From Dehalococcoidia bacterium (GTDB lineage: Bacteria > Chloroflexota > Dehalococcoidia > UBA2979), in contig OZ253555.1 of assembly GCA_965262725.1 (NCBI GenBank), positions 1,856,001 to 1,920,000 on the forward strand: 64,000 nucleotides of DNA, written 5' to 3'. Below, piece by piece: positions 40,180 through 49,478 of this stretch. Position numbers and translations under genes: made by a program. The notes under the pieces are model-generated. The model was given only the letters and a program-made list of their open reading frames with translations, made no database searches and was not told the origin of the DNA. The first letter of the stretch is position 1. Each line of letters begins with the position of its first letter.

Positions 40180-42002
40180 GGCTGCACCTCCGTCCTGTCG
40201 GCAGCGCGTTCCGCGGGGTCTGTCGTCGCCAGCGCGTGCTCGAGCGGGCTCGCCTCGACGCGCAGCGCGATGTGGTTGCCGCGGGCCAGGAAGAGGCCCT
40301 CGCCCCTGCGGCAGGCGAGCAGGAACTCCCGCTCCGCGGCCGAGAGCCCGAAGGTCTCCGCGACGAGCCCGGCCGTGGAGCTGTCCTGCCGCATCAGGAG
40401 CTGCACCGAGCTGTTGGCGAGCACGGTGTGACCCTCCGGCGAGGCCAGGAAGTCCCCCACGTCCTGCGTGACCGTGGTGAGGCCGAGCCAGCGCTTGCGC
40501 GCCCGGCGCGCGAGCTGCGCCAGGAAGCGAGCCCCCTCCGGGTAGCGCATCAACGACCACGCCTCGTCGATGAGGAGCACGCGGGGTTTCGGGTCGTGCT
40601 TCACCCGCGCCCAGATGTGATCCGCGATGAGGTAGGTGGCGAGCGGGCGCAGCTCCTCCTCGAGGCCCTCCACGTTGAAGACCACGAAGGGACGGTCGAG
40701 CGAGGCCGTCGTGCGCTCCGAGAAGACGCGGCCGAGGCTGCCCGAGACGTAGCGCTCGAGGCGCCCCGCGAGCCCGTGCTCATCGCCTGAGCCCTCCAGC
40801 ACCCGGACCAGGTCGCGCAGCACCGGCGCGGGGCGGTCGTGCGTCGCCGGGTCGGCGGTGATGCCGGCCCGCCGGTAGCTCTCGTAGAGCGCCCGGTCGA
40901 GCACGCCCCGCTCGTGCTGGCCGAGCGATTGGCCGGGCCCTGCCAGCATCAGCGCGAGCAGACCCTGCAGCGCCAGCACGCGCTCCGCGAGCGGGTCGCG
41001 CGCATCGGGATCCGCTCCGGCCGGCTCCGGCCCGCCCGGCGGCAGGTCGAAGGGGTTGATGCGGACGGGCGAGCCGCCGGAGAGGCGGACCATCTGCCCG
41101 CCGACCGCCTCGCAGATCCGGCCGTACTCGTCCTCGGGGTCGATGACGTAGTACTCGACCCCGAGCAGCAGCGCCCGCAGCGCCTCGACCTTGCAGGCGT
41201 ACGACTTGCCGGCCCCGCTCTTGGCGAAGACGACCTTGTTGGCGTTCTCCTGGTCCGCACCGAAGGGGTCGAAGACCACCAGCGAGCTGTTGTGGACGCT
41301 CTCGCCGTAGAGCAGCCCGCGGCCGGTGGCGAGCGCGCTCGAGGTGAAGGGGATCATCGTCGCCACGCTCGAGGTGTCGAGGTTGCGGCGCCGGCCCAGG
41401 TGGTCCTGCCCGGCCGGGAGGCACGAGAGCAGCCCCGGCATCATCTCGTAGAGAGCCGGCCGCGCCTTCGCCATCATCCCGCCGAGCGTCCCCTCGACGC
41501 GCGCCGCGGCCCGGTCGAGCTCCCGGGCCGAGCGGCCGTGCACCCTGAGGTAGAGGCCTCCCGAGAAGACTCGCTCGTCGCCGCGCTCCAGCGCGTCCCG
41601 CAGCCGCTCGGCATCCTCGTAGGCGACCTCGCGCTCGGCGGAGGCGATGCGCCCGCCCCTGGCGTCGAGCAGGCGCGATGACTGGAGCTCCACCAGGCGG
41701 TGTGTCAGGCCGCGCACCGCGTCCCCCGAGTCCAGCGGCTCGAGGTGCAGGCTGAGGTCGAGCGGCTCGCCCTGGTCGATGAGCCGCCCGAGCCAGTTCG
41801 GGGCGACGTGGCGCGGGTAGTCCGTGAGCGCCAGCACCCGCGTGAGTTGCCCGTCGATGTCGAGGTGGTCTCGCGTCTCCTCCATCGCCGTGGGCGCGAT
41901 CAGGTCGGCGGTGGAGCGCTCGCCGGCGGCGAAGCGGTGCGCGCCCGCCGGGCTGCCTGCGCCGCGATCCCGACGCCGAAGGAGTGCCGCGGGGCTAGGC
42001 AC
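40176..42002 (-). CDS. VirB4-like conjugation ATPase
   Basis: AKSGAGKS, VIDPEDEY, INPFDL, LLIDEAWSLM, RRARKRW; AGGAGG RBS before GTG 42002. Confidence 0.92.
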   Translation of the reverse strand: MPSPAALLRRRDRGAGSPAGAHRFAAGERSTADLIAPTAMEETRDHLDIDGQLTRVLALTDYPRHVAPNWLGRLIDQGEPLDLSLHLEPLDSGDAVRGLTHRLVELQSSRLLDARGGRIASAEREVAYEDAERLRDALERGDERVFSGGLYLRVHGRSARELDRAAARVEGTLGGMMAKARPALYEMMPGLLSCLPAGQDHLGRRRNLDTSSVATMIPFTSSALATGRGLLYGESVHNSSLVVFDPFGADQENANKVVFAKSGAGKSYACKVEALRALLLGVEYYVIDPEDEYGRICEAVGGQMVRLSGGSPVRINPFDLPPGGPEPAGADPDARDPLAERVLALQGLLALMLAGPGQSLGQHERGVLDRALYESYRRAGITADPATHDRPAPVLRDLVRVLEGSGDEHGLAGRLERYVSGSLGRVFSERTTASLDRPFVVFNVEGLEEELRPLATYLIADHIWARVKHDPKPRVLLIDEAWSLMRYPEGARFLAQLARRARKRWLGLTTVTQDVGDFLASPEGHTVLANSSVQLLMRQDSSTAGLVAETFGLSAAEREFLLACRRGEGLFLARGNHIALRVEASPLEHALATTDPAERAADRTEVQP

Positions 42003-42705
42003 GGGAGGCCTCCTGACGGTGCCCGGAGAAGACGACGGGTGATGTGACGACGGGAGTGGCGACCGGAGGCCCATAGCCGGCGCCGCCGCCGAGCACGGCG
42101 CGCCAGAGCGCCGCCAGCTCGCCCGCGTCGAGCCGCCGCGTGCGCACCCCGAATGAGCCGAGGCCCTGCGCCACCTCGCCGCAGCGCAAGGAGAGCGTGC
42201 GCCGCGCCCGGGCGAGGTCGCTCTGCTGCCGCGGGGACCGCGCTCCCAGTCGCAGCAGCCGGCCCAGGCCCGGCCAGCCCGGCGTGGCCCGCCCGGGGGC
42301 GCCGTCCACGTCCGCCGGCAGGACGACGTAGAAGCGGCGGTCGAGCAGCGTCCGCTCGCGGGCGATACGACGCACGAACGCCTCGTGGTCGAGCGCGAGC
42401 CGCCGCAGCGTCTCCGTGCCCCGCAGGGCGCCCCCGAGACCGGCGAGGTAGCCCTCGACGTCGGCCGGGACCAGGCGAACCAGCACCTGCAGCGGGTAGG
42501 TGAGCCCGTTCAGGAAGCGCCGGTACCCGGCGAGGATCGCCTCCTGCTCGGGCTCCGACTTCAGCGCGAAGTGGACGCCCTGGGCCTCGAGCACGCAGCG
42601 GTAGTCGCCGCCGCGCAGGCTCACGACGTCGCCTGCGATCTCCTCCAGCGGCAGGATCTCCTGCACGCTCGCGAGGCGCCGCCTCCTGCTACCGCGTGAC
42701 CACAT
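41995..42705 (-). CDS. TraC-like protein (VirB4 N-terminal partner)
   Basis: HFALKSEPEQEAILAGYRRFLNGL...RRFYVV; lies between prgI and virB4. Confidence 0.7.
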   Translation of the reverse strand: MWSRGSRRRRLASVQEILPLEEIAGDVVSLRGGDYRCVLEAQGVHFALKSEPEQEAILAGYRRFLNGLTYPLQVLVRLVPADVEGYLAGLGGALRGTETLRRLALDHEAFVRRIARERTLLDRRFYVVLPADVDGAPGRATPGWPGLGRLLRLGARSPRQQSDLARARRTLSLRCGEVAQGLGSFGVRTRRLDAGELAALWRAVLGGGAGYGPPVATPVVTSPVVFSGHRQEASRA

Positions 42706-43084
42706 GTGCCACTCCCTTCCTCGTCACCGGGTGGACGGGCGGCGCCGCGAGCGGGCGCAGCACCACCTCGCGAGCCGCGCGCGGAGGCACGGAGCGCTCG
42801 CGCGGCCTCCAGACGGCGGCGCGGGGCACGGCCCAGTAGCGCAGCAGCACGAACACCCACTCCTCGAGCGGGCGTCCGGCGGGCCGCCAGAAGACGAGCG
42901 GCAGCACCGCGGCCAGCACGAGCGCGGCCGCGCACAGGCGAAGCGGGAGCGGCAGCGGCAGGTCGCCCGCGGCGCCGTAGGCCAGCGAGAGGCCGGCGGC
43001 GGCCGACAGCAACTGACGCATCGTCAGGCCCAGGACCGCCCTGTCGGCGACGCCGAGGTGGGTCGGGATCTCGTGGCGCCCCAT
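42689..43084 (-). CDS. PrgI-family protein
   Basis: HEIPTHLGVADRAVLGLTMRQL, two TM helices, PAGRPLEEW. Confidence 0.88.
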   Translation of the reverse strand: MGRHEIPTHLGVADRAVLGLTMRQLLSAAAGLSLAYGAAGDLPLPLPLRLCAAALVLAAVLPLVFWRPAGRPLEEWVFVLLRYWAVPRAAVWRPRERSVPPRAAREVVLRPLAAPPVHPVTRKGVAHVVTR

Positions 43085-43314
43085 CACGCCATCGCCCCCT
43101 GCACGATGCCGGCGATCGCGCGCGCGAGCAGCACGATCGCGAACCCCGCGAGCGCGTTGAGGATCGCCGTCTTGCCCGCCTCCATCTGGCGCGGCGATCC
43201 GGACGCCGACATGTAGAGGAATGCCCCCCACATCACGAAGAACGCCGAGACCGCCGCCGCCACACCGATGCCGATGTCGAGCAGGTTCCCGAACAGCACG
43301 TTGATCTCTTCCAT
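43084..43314 (-). CDS. Pilin (TrbC/VirB2-like)
   Basis: Two hydrophobic helices around GAFLYMSASGSPRQMEAGKTAILNA. Confidence 0.88.
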   Translation of the reverse strand: MEEINVLFGNLLDIGIGVAAAVSAFFVMWGAFLYMSASGSPRQMEAGKTAILNALAGFAIVLLARAIAGIVQGAMA

Positions 43315-43328
43315 CCCCGGCTCCCTTC

Positions 43329-43871
43329 TCAGCCGGCGCCCCGTGCGCCGGCCGGCTCCTCGCTCATCACAAGCACCTCCGTCACCAGCCAGCGGCCGCC
43401 CTCGCGGACGAGCCGCAGGCGGACGTGCTGGGTGACCTCTTCCCGGGCGGCGCGTCCGGACGCCGGGTCCAGCCAGCTCCGCTCGTGCAGCGAGCGGACC
43501 GTCGCCTCCGCGACAGCGGCGGTGAGCGCGGCGACCGAGACCGACTGGACGGCAGCGCGGCTCCGGCGGTCCCCGGCGATGGCGGCCGGATCGACCGCCG
43601 CTCCCGCGAGCGCTGCGCGGAGTTCGCCTGAGGTGAGCGCGGCGCGGCGCGCCATATAGCTGTCTGCGTCGCGGTAGTCGAAGCCGCCGTAGGCGACGAC
43701 GAACGCGGACGCCGCGGCCTCCACGGAGGCGGCATCGGCCGCCCGGCGCGCGGCGCCGTCCTCACCGCGCCCGGCGAGGCGCGAGGCCCCGCTCCAGGCG
43801 GAGGCGACGGCGACCGCCAAGAGCAGCGCGGCGAGCGCGAGCAGCGCGTAGCCCGGTCCGCGCCCGGTCAC
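43329..43871 (-). CDS. Conjugation protein, possibly VirB8/NTF2-like
   Basis: N-terminal TM helix, AASAFVVAYGGFDY, C-terminal LRLVREGGRWLVTEV. Confidence 0.65.
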   Translation of the reverse strand: MTGRGPGYALLALAALLLAVAVASAWSGASRLAGRGEDGAARRAADAASVEAAASAFVVAYGGFDYRDADSYMARRAALTSGELRAALAGAAVDPAAIAGDRRSRAAVQSVSVAALTAAVAEATVRSLHERSWLDPASGRAAREEVTQHVRLRLVREGGRWLVTEVLVMSEEPAGARGAG

Positions 43872-44281
43872 GACGCCGCCCCGGCAGACGCGGCCGGCAC
43901 GGGCGGCGGTGCCGTCATGAGCTCGGCGGCGGCATAGCTCTCGCGGGCGGGCGCCGGCGCCACGGCGGCCGCTGGCGCCTTGGTGCGGGCGCCGACGCCG
44001 CCTCGCATCGGGGCGATCGCCGCTGCCGGCAGCTCCGCGGGCACGCCGTGCGCAGCGCCGTCTCTGGAGATGGCGGTGGCGTGTTCGGGCGGAGGCGGAG
44101 GCGGTTCGGGACCGCCGACGCCGGGAAGTGCCGCGAGCAGCGTCGCCGCCAGCGCCGCCACGGCGATCACCACCACGAGCACGGAGGCGAGGACGAGCAG
44201 CAGGAGCGCGCCGGCGGTGCGGAGCGCCTCGCGCGGGAGGTCGCCGAGCAGCGAGCTGACGATGAGCGCGGCCTGGAGCAC
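43868..44281 (-). CDS. Membrane-anchored protein, apparently an eroded lytic transglycosylase
   Basis: Long TM segment then PEHATAISRDGAAHGVPAELPAAAIA, like the start of an SLT domain but without the catalytic ES. Confidence 0.5.
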   Translation of the reverse strand: MLQAALIVSSLLGDLPREALRTAGALLLLVLASVLVVVIAVAALAATLLAALPGVGGPEPPPPPPEHATAISRDGAAHGVPAELPAAAIAPMRGGVGARTKAPAAAVAPAPARESYAAAELMTAPPPVPAASAGAAS

Positions 44282-44284
44282 GGG

Positions 44285-45469
44285 CTACCTCCCGACCGCG
44301 CCGGCGGCGGCGCTACCGCGCCCGGCGACGCCGGCGGCGACGCGGCCGGCCACGACGAGCGCGACGGCCGCCCCGGTGCCCGATTGCTGGACCTGGCCGT
44401 GGAGGAGCGAGGGCACCCGGAGCGTCAGGGCGGCGATGGCGATGCCGAGGAGCAGGGTCAGCAGCGCGTCCGCGGCGCCGCCGGGCACGAGCTCGACCAT
44501 CAGCGCCGCGCCGAGGCGCAGCACGACGAGCTGGACCGCCTGCTGGAAGACCACGATCGGGAAGAGGTGCGCCCACCAGCGCGTCCAGCCCTGCGTCTGC
44601 GGCAGCACCCAGCAGAGCACCATCAGCGGCGACAGCACGATCAGCACGTCCAGGAGCGCGAGCCGCATCAGCATCTGGAAGACCAGCAGGAGCGCCATCA
44701 CGGCGTACGCGATCGCCACGAAGACGAGAGCGATCCCCTCCTGCGCGACGTTCGCCTGCTCGTAGCCGGGCAGGCCGACCTGGCCGACGGCTGAGGCGAA
44801 GGCGTTGTTGACCTCGATGAGGAGGCCCGCGAACTCGAGCGTGAGGTTCACGGCGAGGGCGGCGAGGATGACGCGGGGCAAGAGCTCCATCGCCCCGTGG
44901 TAGGGGCTGCCGATGTGCCGCCGGACGATGACGTTGAAGCCGCCCCACATCACCACCACGGCGAGGCCGGCGTTGGCGATGGCGCGCGAGAAGTCCCAGA
45001 GGGAGCGCACGGTCGGGCTCTCGTAGGAGCCCTGAGCCGGCGTGCGCGTGACGAAGTTGAGCGAGGAGCCCCCGAAGCCGAGCGCCCAGTCGATGAAGCT
45101 GCGCATCGCCCCGAGCAGCTCCCGCCCGAGCGCGCTCACGACGCCGTCGAGGATCGAGGCCGCCCACTCGCGCGGGTCGAGGCCGCTCAGCAGGTCGGAG
45201 GGGCTCGGGAGCCCGGGAATGCCGATCGCGGGGGCGGTGCCCGGCGCCGGTGCGACCGGGGCCGCCGCGGCGGCCGCCATCGGCCTCGCCGGTGCGGTGG
45301 GGCCGGCGGATGTGGGCGCGGCGGCGACGAGAGGTGCGCCGGCCCGGGTGAGGGCCGCGAGCGGATCCGCCGCCTGCTCCGCGTGGGCGGGCACGGCCAG
45401 CAGCAGCCAGCAGACGAGCGCAGCGGCAACGGCGAGCAGCGAACCCCGCACGGCCAGCCCCTTCCGCAT
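44285..45469 (-). CDS. VirB6/TrbL-like polytopic membrane protein
   Basis: Signal peptide and about six TM helices; RLALLDVLIVLSPL...LPQTQGWTRWW motif. Confidence 0.85.
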   Translation of the reverse strand: MRKGLAVRGSLLAVAAALVCWLLLAVPAHAEQAADPLAALTRAGAPLVAAAPTSAGPTAPARPMAAAAAAPVAPAPGTAPAIGIPGLPSPSDLLSGLDPREWAASILDGVVSALGRELLGAMRSFIDWALGFGGSSLNFVTRTPAQGSYESPTVRSLWDFSRAIANAGLAVVVMWGGFNVIVRRHIGSPYHGAMELLPRVILAALAVNLTLEFAGLLIEVNNAFASAVGQVGLPGYEQANVAQEGIALVFVAIAYAVMALLLVFQMLMRLALLDVLIVLSPLMVLCWVLPQTQGWTRWWAHLFPIVVFQQAVQLVVLRLGAALMVELVPGGAADALLTLLLGIAIAALTLRVPSLLHGQVQQSGTGAAVALVVAGRVAAGVAGRGSAAAGAVGR

Positions 45470-45529
45470 CGCCGCGCGCTCGCCCCGGTGGGCGGGGTGC
45501 GGCGATGCAGGGCTAGGGTGCGATCAGGC

Positions 45530-45600
45530 GTTCACAGAAAGTTCCGGCTACGTTCCATGAGAGTTCAAAACGTTCCGGATTTGTTCCGGATTTGTTCCGG
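45530..45600. promoter_or_regulatory. Phased GTTC direct-repeat array upstream of the tra operon
   Basis: GTTC at 45530, 45541, 45552, 45563, 45572, 45583, 45594. Confidence 0.65.
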
Positions 45601-45679
45601 GAGGCCAGAAATGGCTCAACGCGGGTCCGGGTGGCGTTTCCGCATGCTGCGGACACATGGGGCGACGCCCACATGCCCA

Positions 45680-45826
45680 CATGAACTCCGCCCAGGAGAA
45701 CAGAGACCGCTGCCGGCCCGGGGCCCGGGCGAAGACCGACTCGACCGAGGCGGCGTCCTCCCCGCCGGCGACGATCTTCCCGGCGAGCGCCAGCATCAGG
45801 TCGTCGCCCTCGTCCCCGTAGGCGGT
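45680..45826 (-). pseudogene. Helicase C-terminal tail fragment
   Basis: AYGDEGDDLMLALAGKIV...QRSLFSWAEFM; the SLFSWAEFM motif recurs at 55380-55460. Confidence 0.55.
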
Positions 45827-45855
45827 GGGCCTGCGCGTGCTCGGCGTGCGCTAGG

Positions 45856-47436
45856 CCGCGGCGCTCTGGCACCCGCCGGGGGCGAAGGACGAGACGCCGC
45901 TCGTCGCGCGGTCCGGGGCGAGAGTGCTCGTCCCCCAGGCGAGGGGACGTGAGCGGCGGGGCGCTCGTCGGGCAGACGACGGCGGGTGCGCCGCGGGAGA
46001 TCCGCTTCCCCGAGGACCTGCTGCGCCGCCACCACCTCTACGTGGCGCGCACGCGCATGGGCAAGTCCACGCTCATGCAGCACCTCGTCGCGCACAGGCT
46101 GCGCGAGAAGGCGGCGGGCCGCGACGGCGACGCGATCGTCGTCGTCGACCCCCACGCCGACCTCGTCGCCGACATCCTCCAGCAGGTCCCCGAGTCCCTG
46201 GCGGGGCAGGTACGCCTGCTCGACCTCGCGGGCGAGAGCGGCTACCCCGGCATCAACCTGCTCGACGCGCGCGTCTTCAGCGACCGCGACCGCACCGCCG
46301 ACTCGGTCGTGCGCGTGGCGAAGGGGATCTGGGAGCAGTGGGGGCCGCGCATGCAGTCGATCCTCGAGCAGGTCGTGAAGACCCTGCACGAGCACAACGC
46401 CCACCCCGCCACCGCCGCCGAGGAGCAGTACACGATCCTCGACGGGCTGCGCCTGCTCTCCGACGAGCGCTTCCGCACGCTGGTGCTGAAGCGCGTGAGC
46501 GACGAGTTCCTGCTGGACTGGTGGGAGCGCGACTTCCGGGGCTGGCGCCGCGAGTACCGCGCCGACGCGCTCGCGCCCGTGCAGACGCGGCTCTCCTACT
46601 ACGCCTCCTCGAAGCGGGCGCGCGCCATCCTCGGTCAGCCCCGCTCCACGATCGACCTGCGGCGCACGATCCTCGATGGCGGCGTGCTGCTCGTCTCCAC
46701 CGCGCAGGGCGCGGCCGGCAAGGACGTCGCCGCGCTCGTCGGGGCCTCCGTCCTCAACCTCACGGACGCCGTCATCCGCGAGCAGGGCGAGCTGCCCCAG
46801 GCGCAACGGCGCGGCGCGCTCGTGGTCGTCGACGAGATGCAGTCGATGCCGGGCGTCGACTACGAGTCGATGCTCTCCGAGCTGGGCAAGTACGGCGCGA
46901 GCTTCGTGCTCGCCACGCAGAGCCTCGACAAGCTCGACGACCTCTCCCCCACGCTGCGCAGCACGCTGCTCGCCAACGTCGGCTGCCTCGCCGTCTTCCA
47001 GGTGGCGGGCTCGGACGCGCGCCAGCTCGTCTGGGAGCTCGACCGCGAGCGCGTCTCCGAGGAGGACGTCGTCTCCCTGCCCGTGCACCACGCCTACGTG
47101 CGCGCGACGGTGGGCACGGAGCGCGCGCCCGCCTTCTCGATGGAGGTGCGCAAGCCGGACGACGGGAACCCGGAGACGGCCGCGCGCATCCGCGAGGAGG
47201 CGTCCGCCTACCTGCTCACCGAGGAGGAGATCGCGGCCCAGCGCGCCGAGGGCCGCAGGCGCGTCGATCTGTGGCTTGAGCAGATGGCGGAGGAGGACGA
47301 CGGCAAGGCGGAGTCCGGACCGGAGCAGCGGGACCAGTCGCGCGACGGCGCCTCCGGGGACGGCTCCCGCGGGAAGGGACCGCGCAGCAAGCGCACCCGG
47401 CCGCCAGGCGCTTCCTCCGGGGATGACGCCGCGTGA
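45856..47436 (+). pseudogene. Second type IV coupling protein, N-terminally truncated
   Basis: ORF 45949-47436 aligns with the ATPase half of 36570-39110 (ARTRMGKST, VVVDPH, ELGKYG); upstream ALWHPP segment is out of frame; no TM domain. Confidence 0.85.
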
Positions 47437-49205
47437 CGGTCGAACGCGACCTGCTGCGGCTGCTCGGGGAGATGCCCTTCCTCGACCGGCTGGAGGCGGC
47501 CGCCCTCTCCGGCTGGTCGCGGGGGGCGGTCTACGCGGCCTGCGCGGCGCTGGAGGAGGCGGGGCTGGTCGCCCCGCTCCCCCACGCCCATGCCTCGGAG
47601 CTGCTCGCGTCCACGCAGCGCTACCAGCTCACGCTGGCCGGGCTGCGCCGGCTCGCCGCCGAGGAGGGCGTCGACCTGGGCGAGCTGCTGCGCTCGCTCC
47701 CGCTCACGGCGCACTGGCGGCGGCTCCTGCTGGAGCGCCTCGACGGCGTGGCCTCCATCTACCGGCTCGCCTCCGCGATCTCGGACGCCGTCTGGCCGCT
47801 GCGCTTCCGCTGGTACCGGGCGATGCCGATGGACGCCGCGCTCGCACTCCCCGACGGGCGCAGGCTGTTCGTGGTCAGGGAGGGGCAGACCGCCGACCGC
47901 ACCTCCTTCGCCAAGCGCCTCTGGCGGCTGCGCGAGGGGCCGCGCCCGGGCGCCTGCCTGTTGCTCGTCCCCGACGCGGTGCGGCTGCGCCACACGGCGC
48001 GGCTGATGGCCCAGGCGTCCGTACCCGCCTTCCTCGCCCTGGAACGCGACGCGGCCTCTTCCGGTCTGGATGCGCGCGTCTGGCGCACCGCGGCCGGGTC
48101 GCCCTGGCTCTCGCTCCGGGAAGTCCTCGCGCACGTCGCGCGGCGGGGCGCGTGGCCGGAGGAGGAGCCGCTTGCCCGTGCGACCGTCCCGCGCGACCTC
48201 GGCCCGCGCGACCTGCGCGCGGACTGGATGCTCCCCGCCACGCTCGGCGCGGCCCGGAAGCGAGCCCTTGGCCTCGTCGCCGACTGGCCGTGGCTGGCGC
48301 CCGCCGACCTGGGGGCGCTGCTGGGCGTCTCCGCCCGGCAGGTCTCGCAGCTCCTGCATCCGCTCCGGGAGGCGTCGCTCGTGGCTCGCGTGCGGGGCCG
48401 GCTCGTCCTGCGGGACCGCGCGCTGGCGTTGCTTGCGCGCCGCGACCGCTCCGCCGCCAACCTCGCCCTCAGGCGCTGGAGCGCCCGGCCGCTGGACCCG
48501 GAGGCGCCGCTCAGCTGGCGCAACGTCGCCGGCAGGCGCAGCCGTCAGCTCCTGCGCACCATCGACCACACCGCCGCCGTGCACGGCTTCGTGGCGGCGC
48601 TGGCCCGGCAGGCGCGCGACGAGGGCTGGGAGGTGGCGCAGCTCGACCCACCCCACCGCGCGTCACGCTACTTCCGCCACGGCGGCGTCCTGCACTCCGT
48701 CCACCCCGACGCCTTCGGCGTGCTGATCCGCGAGGGGAAGCCGTGGGCGTTCTTCCTCGAGTGGGAGCGCCGCGCCGTGCGGCCCTCCACGATGGCCGCA
48801 CGCCTCGCCCCCTACCTGCGCTACTACGCCTCGCACCGCCCCACCGACGACCACGGTGTGCGCCCGGCCGTGCTCGTCGTCTTCGAGGATGAGATCGCGG
48901 CGGACCACTTCCTGCGCGTCGCGCGCAAGGAGATCGCCCGCGCCCGCATCGAGCTGCCCCTGCGGGTCTCGCACCGCGCCCTCATCGAACGGGAGGGGCC
49001 GCTCGGGCACGCCTGGCGCGCTCCCGCAGGCGGCCCCCCCGGCTCGCCCGTTCGGTTGAAGTGGGTCTTTCCCTACGTCAGCCCGCCCATCGTGTCCCAC
49101 GCGCTGCGTGCGACAGTCGTGTGGTCCGAAGCAGATTACAGCGTCTACACGATGCGGCAGGCGTCCCGCCGCTCGTGGCGCATCGGCCAGAGCGAGCCCG
49201 TGTAA
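47433..49205 (+). CDS. Second tandem-domain Replic_Relax relaxase (C-terminus fused to helicase relic)
   Basis: HTAAVHGF...VHPDAFG...FFLEWERR...RLAPYLRYY; last about 30 codons are helicase sequence. Confidence 0.8.
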   Translation: MTVERDLLRLLGEMPFLDRLEAAALSGWSRGAVYAACAALEEAGLVAPLPHAHASELLASTQRYQLTLAGLRRLAAEEGVDLGELLRSLPLTAHWRRLLLERLDGVASIYRLASAISDAVWPLRFRWYRAMPMDAALALPDGRRLFVVREGQTADRTSFAKRLWRLREGPRPGACLLLVPDAVRLRHTARLMAQASVPAFLALERDAASSGLDARVWRTAAGSPWLSLREVLAHVARRGAWPEEEPLARATVPRDLGPRDLRADWMLPATLGAARKRALGLVADWPWLAPADLGALLGVSARQVSQLLHPLREASLVARVRGRLVLRDRALALLARRDRSAANLALRRWSARPLDPEAPLSWRNVAGRRSRQLLRTIDHTAAVHGFVAALARQARDEGWEVAQLDPPHRASRYFRHGGVLHSVHPDAFGVLIREGKPWAFFLEWERRAVRPSTMAARLAPYLRYYASHRPTDDHGVRPAVLVVFEDEIAADHFLRVARKEIARARIELPLRVSHRALIEREGPLGHAWRAPAGGPPGSPVRLKWVFPYVSPPIVSHALRATVVWSEADYSVYTMRQASRRSWRIGQSEPV

Positions 49206-49295
49206 GTCGTCTTCATGGCCTACCGGAACACGCTCCAGGCCGACGCCCTCGAGCTCGTGGCGCAGAAGCTCCAGTCGTCGCTGGCCGTCGAGGGC
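49113..49295 (+). pseudogene. SF2 (SNF2-like) helicase C-terminal fragment with internal stop
   Basis: TVVWSEADYSVYTMRQASRRSWRIGQSEPV*VVFMAYRNTLQADAL...SSLAVEG (motif VI QxxxRxxRIGQ). Confidence 0.8.
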
Positions 49296-49478
49296 GTCTG
49301 GAGAAGCTGACGTGTACCGGCTCTCCGCATGCGTGCGTGCAAGGCTCCGGTCCGTTCTGCAATTCTGGAGGCAGAGGCAGGATGTTGAACGCCGGTACGC
49401 GCCTGCCCTTGCGCTCCTTGACTTCACCCGCCTCCCGTCGCTTTCGTACTCCCCGCCGTAGCTTGGCGCGAGTCATAG

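Larger units (their letters stand above)
33103..45600 (-). mobile_element. Integrative conjugative element backbone (att sites not identified)
   Basis: Co-oriented, mostly overlapping genes virB6-orf-orf-pilin-prgI-traC-virB4-primase-T4CP-relaxase-xis-int. Confidence 0.85.
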
